A stretch of 28,737 bases of DNA, from positions 1-28,737 of the forward strand of contig JBBSAF010000001.1 in NCBI GenBank assembly GCA_038252525.1, written 5' to 3'. How positions within the stretch are numbered: position 1 is the first letter of the stretch; each line of letters opens with the position of its first letter. This stretch comes from Tepidisphaerales bacterium. GTDB lineage: Bacteria; Planctomycetota; Phycisphaerae; Tepidisphaerales; Tepidisphaeraceae. Shown piece by piece: positions 28,067 through 28,737 of the stretch. Position numbers and translations under genes: made by a program. Under the pieces are notes generated by a model. It had not been told where the DNA came from. It searched no databases and saw only the letters and a program-made list of their open reading frames with translations.

Positions 28067-28737
28067 GGCGACTCCTTGGCACGCGGGGACCCAATGCGAA
28101 TGGCCTCGAAATAGGCGTCGATGGCGGCGCGATACTCCGGCGGCGGCGGCGCGGCGAACGGACCGGACGGATCCATCGGCGAGCGCATTCCTTCGGTCCA
28201 CGGCGAGTCCGAATCGGCGGGATGATAAGCGGGATGATCGGCGAGAACCGCGGACGATGCGGGCTTGGCGACGATGGCCCCAAGTCCGGGAGCGCGGCCG
28301 AGCCGGTCGTCATTGGCGACGGCGACCCGATCGCGCCACGCGTCGTCGAGGGCGTCGTTGACGGCGCCTTGCCGGGCGATGGCGCCGTCGAGGTCGGCCG
28401 GGGCGCCGTCGAGCAACGCCGCGGCGGTGGCGGCGAACCATTTGGCCGCCACCAGCGGATCGCGTTGGATCAATTCCACGCGGGCCTCGCGCAGACGCGA
28501 CTGGACCGCCTCGATGGCGCGCCGCATCGCCGCGGCGGCCTCGGCGCGGATGCGGCGGTCGTCGGCCGTAAGCGACTGGGCCAACACCCGCGACGCCGGG
28601 AGCAATTCGGTGTCGATGGCGGCGACCGCGGCGACGGTCTCGGGGGCGAAGGGCGCGATGGCGGCGCGGATCGCATCGGCGACGTCGGCATGGACGCCTC
28701 GGGACTCGGACGCCAATCGCCGGTCGGCCTCGTCGAG
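28063..28737 (-). CDS. C-terminal part of a large Ala-rich helical protein (partial, open at the right edge)
   Basis: The frame is open to the window edge (LDEADRRL...). It ends PPPPEYRAAIDAYFEAI... and overlaps the next gene by ATGA. Confidence 0.8.
   Translation of the reverse strand, partial: LDEADRRLASESRGVHADVADAIRAAIAPFAPETVAAVAAIDTELLPASRVLAQSLTADDRRIRAEAAAAMRRAIEAVQSRLREARVELIQRDPLVAAKWFAATAAALLDGAPADLDGAIARQGAVNDALDDAWRDRVAVANDDRLGRAPGLGAIVAKPASSAVLADHPAYHPADSDSPWTEGMRSPMDPSGPFAAPPPPEYRAAIDAYFEAIRIGSPRAKESP

Overview
A 28.7 kb, GC-rich bacterial chromosomal segment. Gene content and protein style point to Planctomycetota, probably Phycisphaerae (inference, no database search run). 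It holds about 22 protein genes. Housekeeping genes are groEL (partial), queA, metK, lptD and argG. Stress and transport genes are an ABC exporter pair, a YciF ferritin-like protein, a Bax-inhibitor-1/YccA protein, a SodC lipoprotein and an AI-2E-family permease. A minus-strand envelope-modification neighbourhood encodes two GT-C (ArnT/PMT-like) glycosyltransferases, a DUF2156-GNAT fusion and a PGPGW/UPF0104 flippase-like gene. Several small unknown proteins are also present. The most notable observations are: (1) an in-frame TAG interrupts the flippase-like gene, and the frame continues cleanly through the family motif PAGLGVRE for 95 more codons; (2) both halves of an MprF-like system sit as separate genes among GT-C genes; (3) the SodC keeps all metal ligands but has lost both disulfide cysteines; (4) the intergenic DNA is rich in structure, with period-7 CAACnnn/nnnGTTG and GGCGGTA arrays, a REP/BIME-like cluster, 38-bp and 16-bp tandem arrays and a recurring TGACA-N6-TGTCA palindrome. 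No rRNA, tRNA, CRISPR array or intact mobile element was seen.
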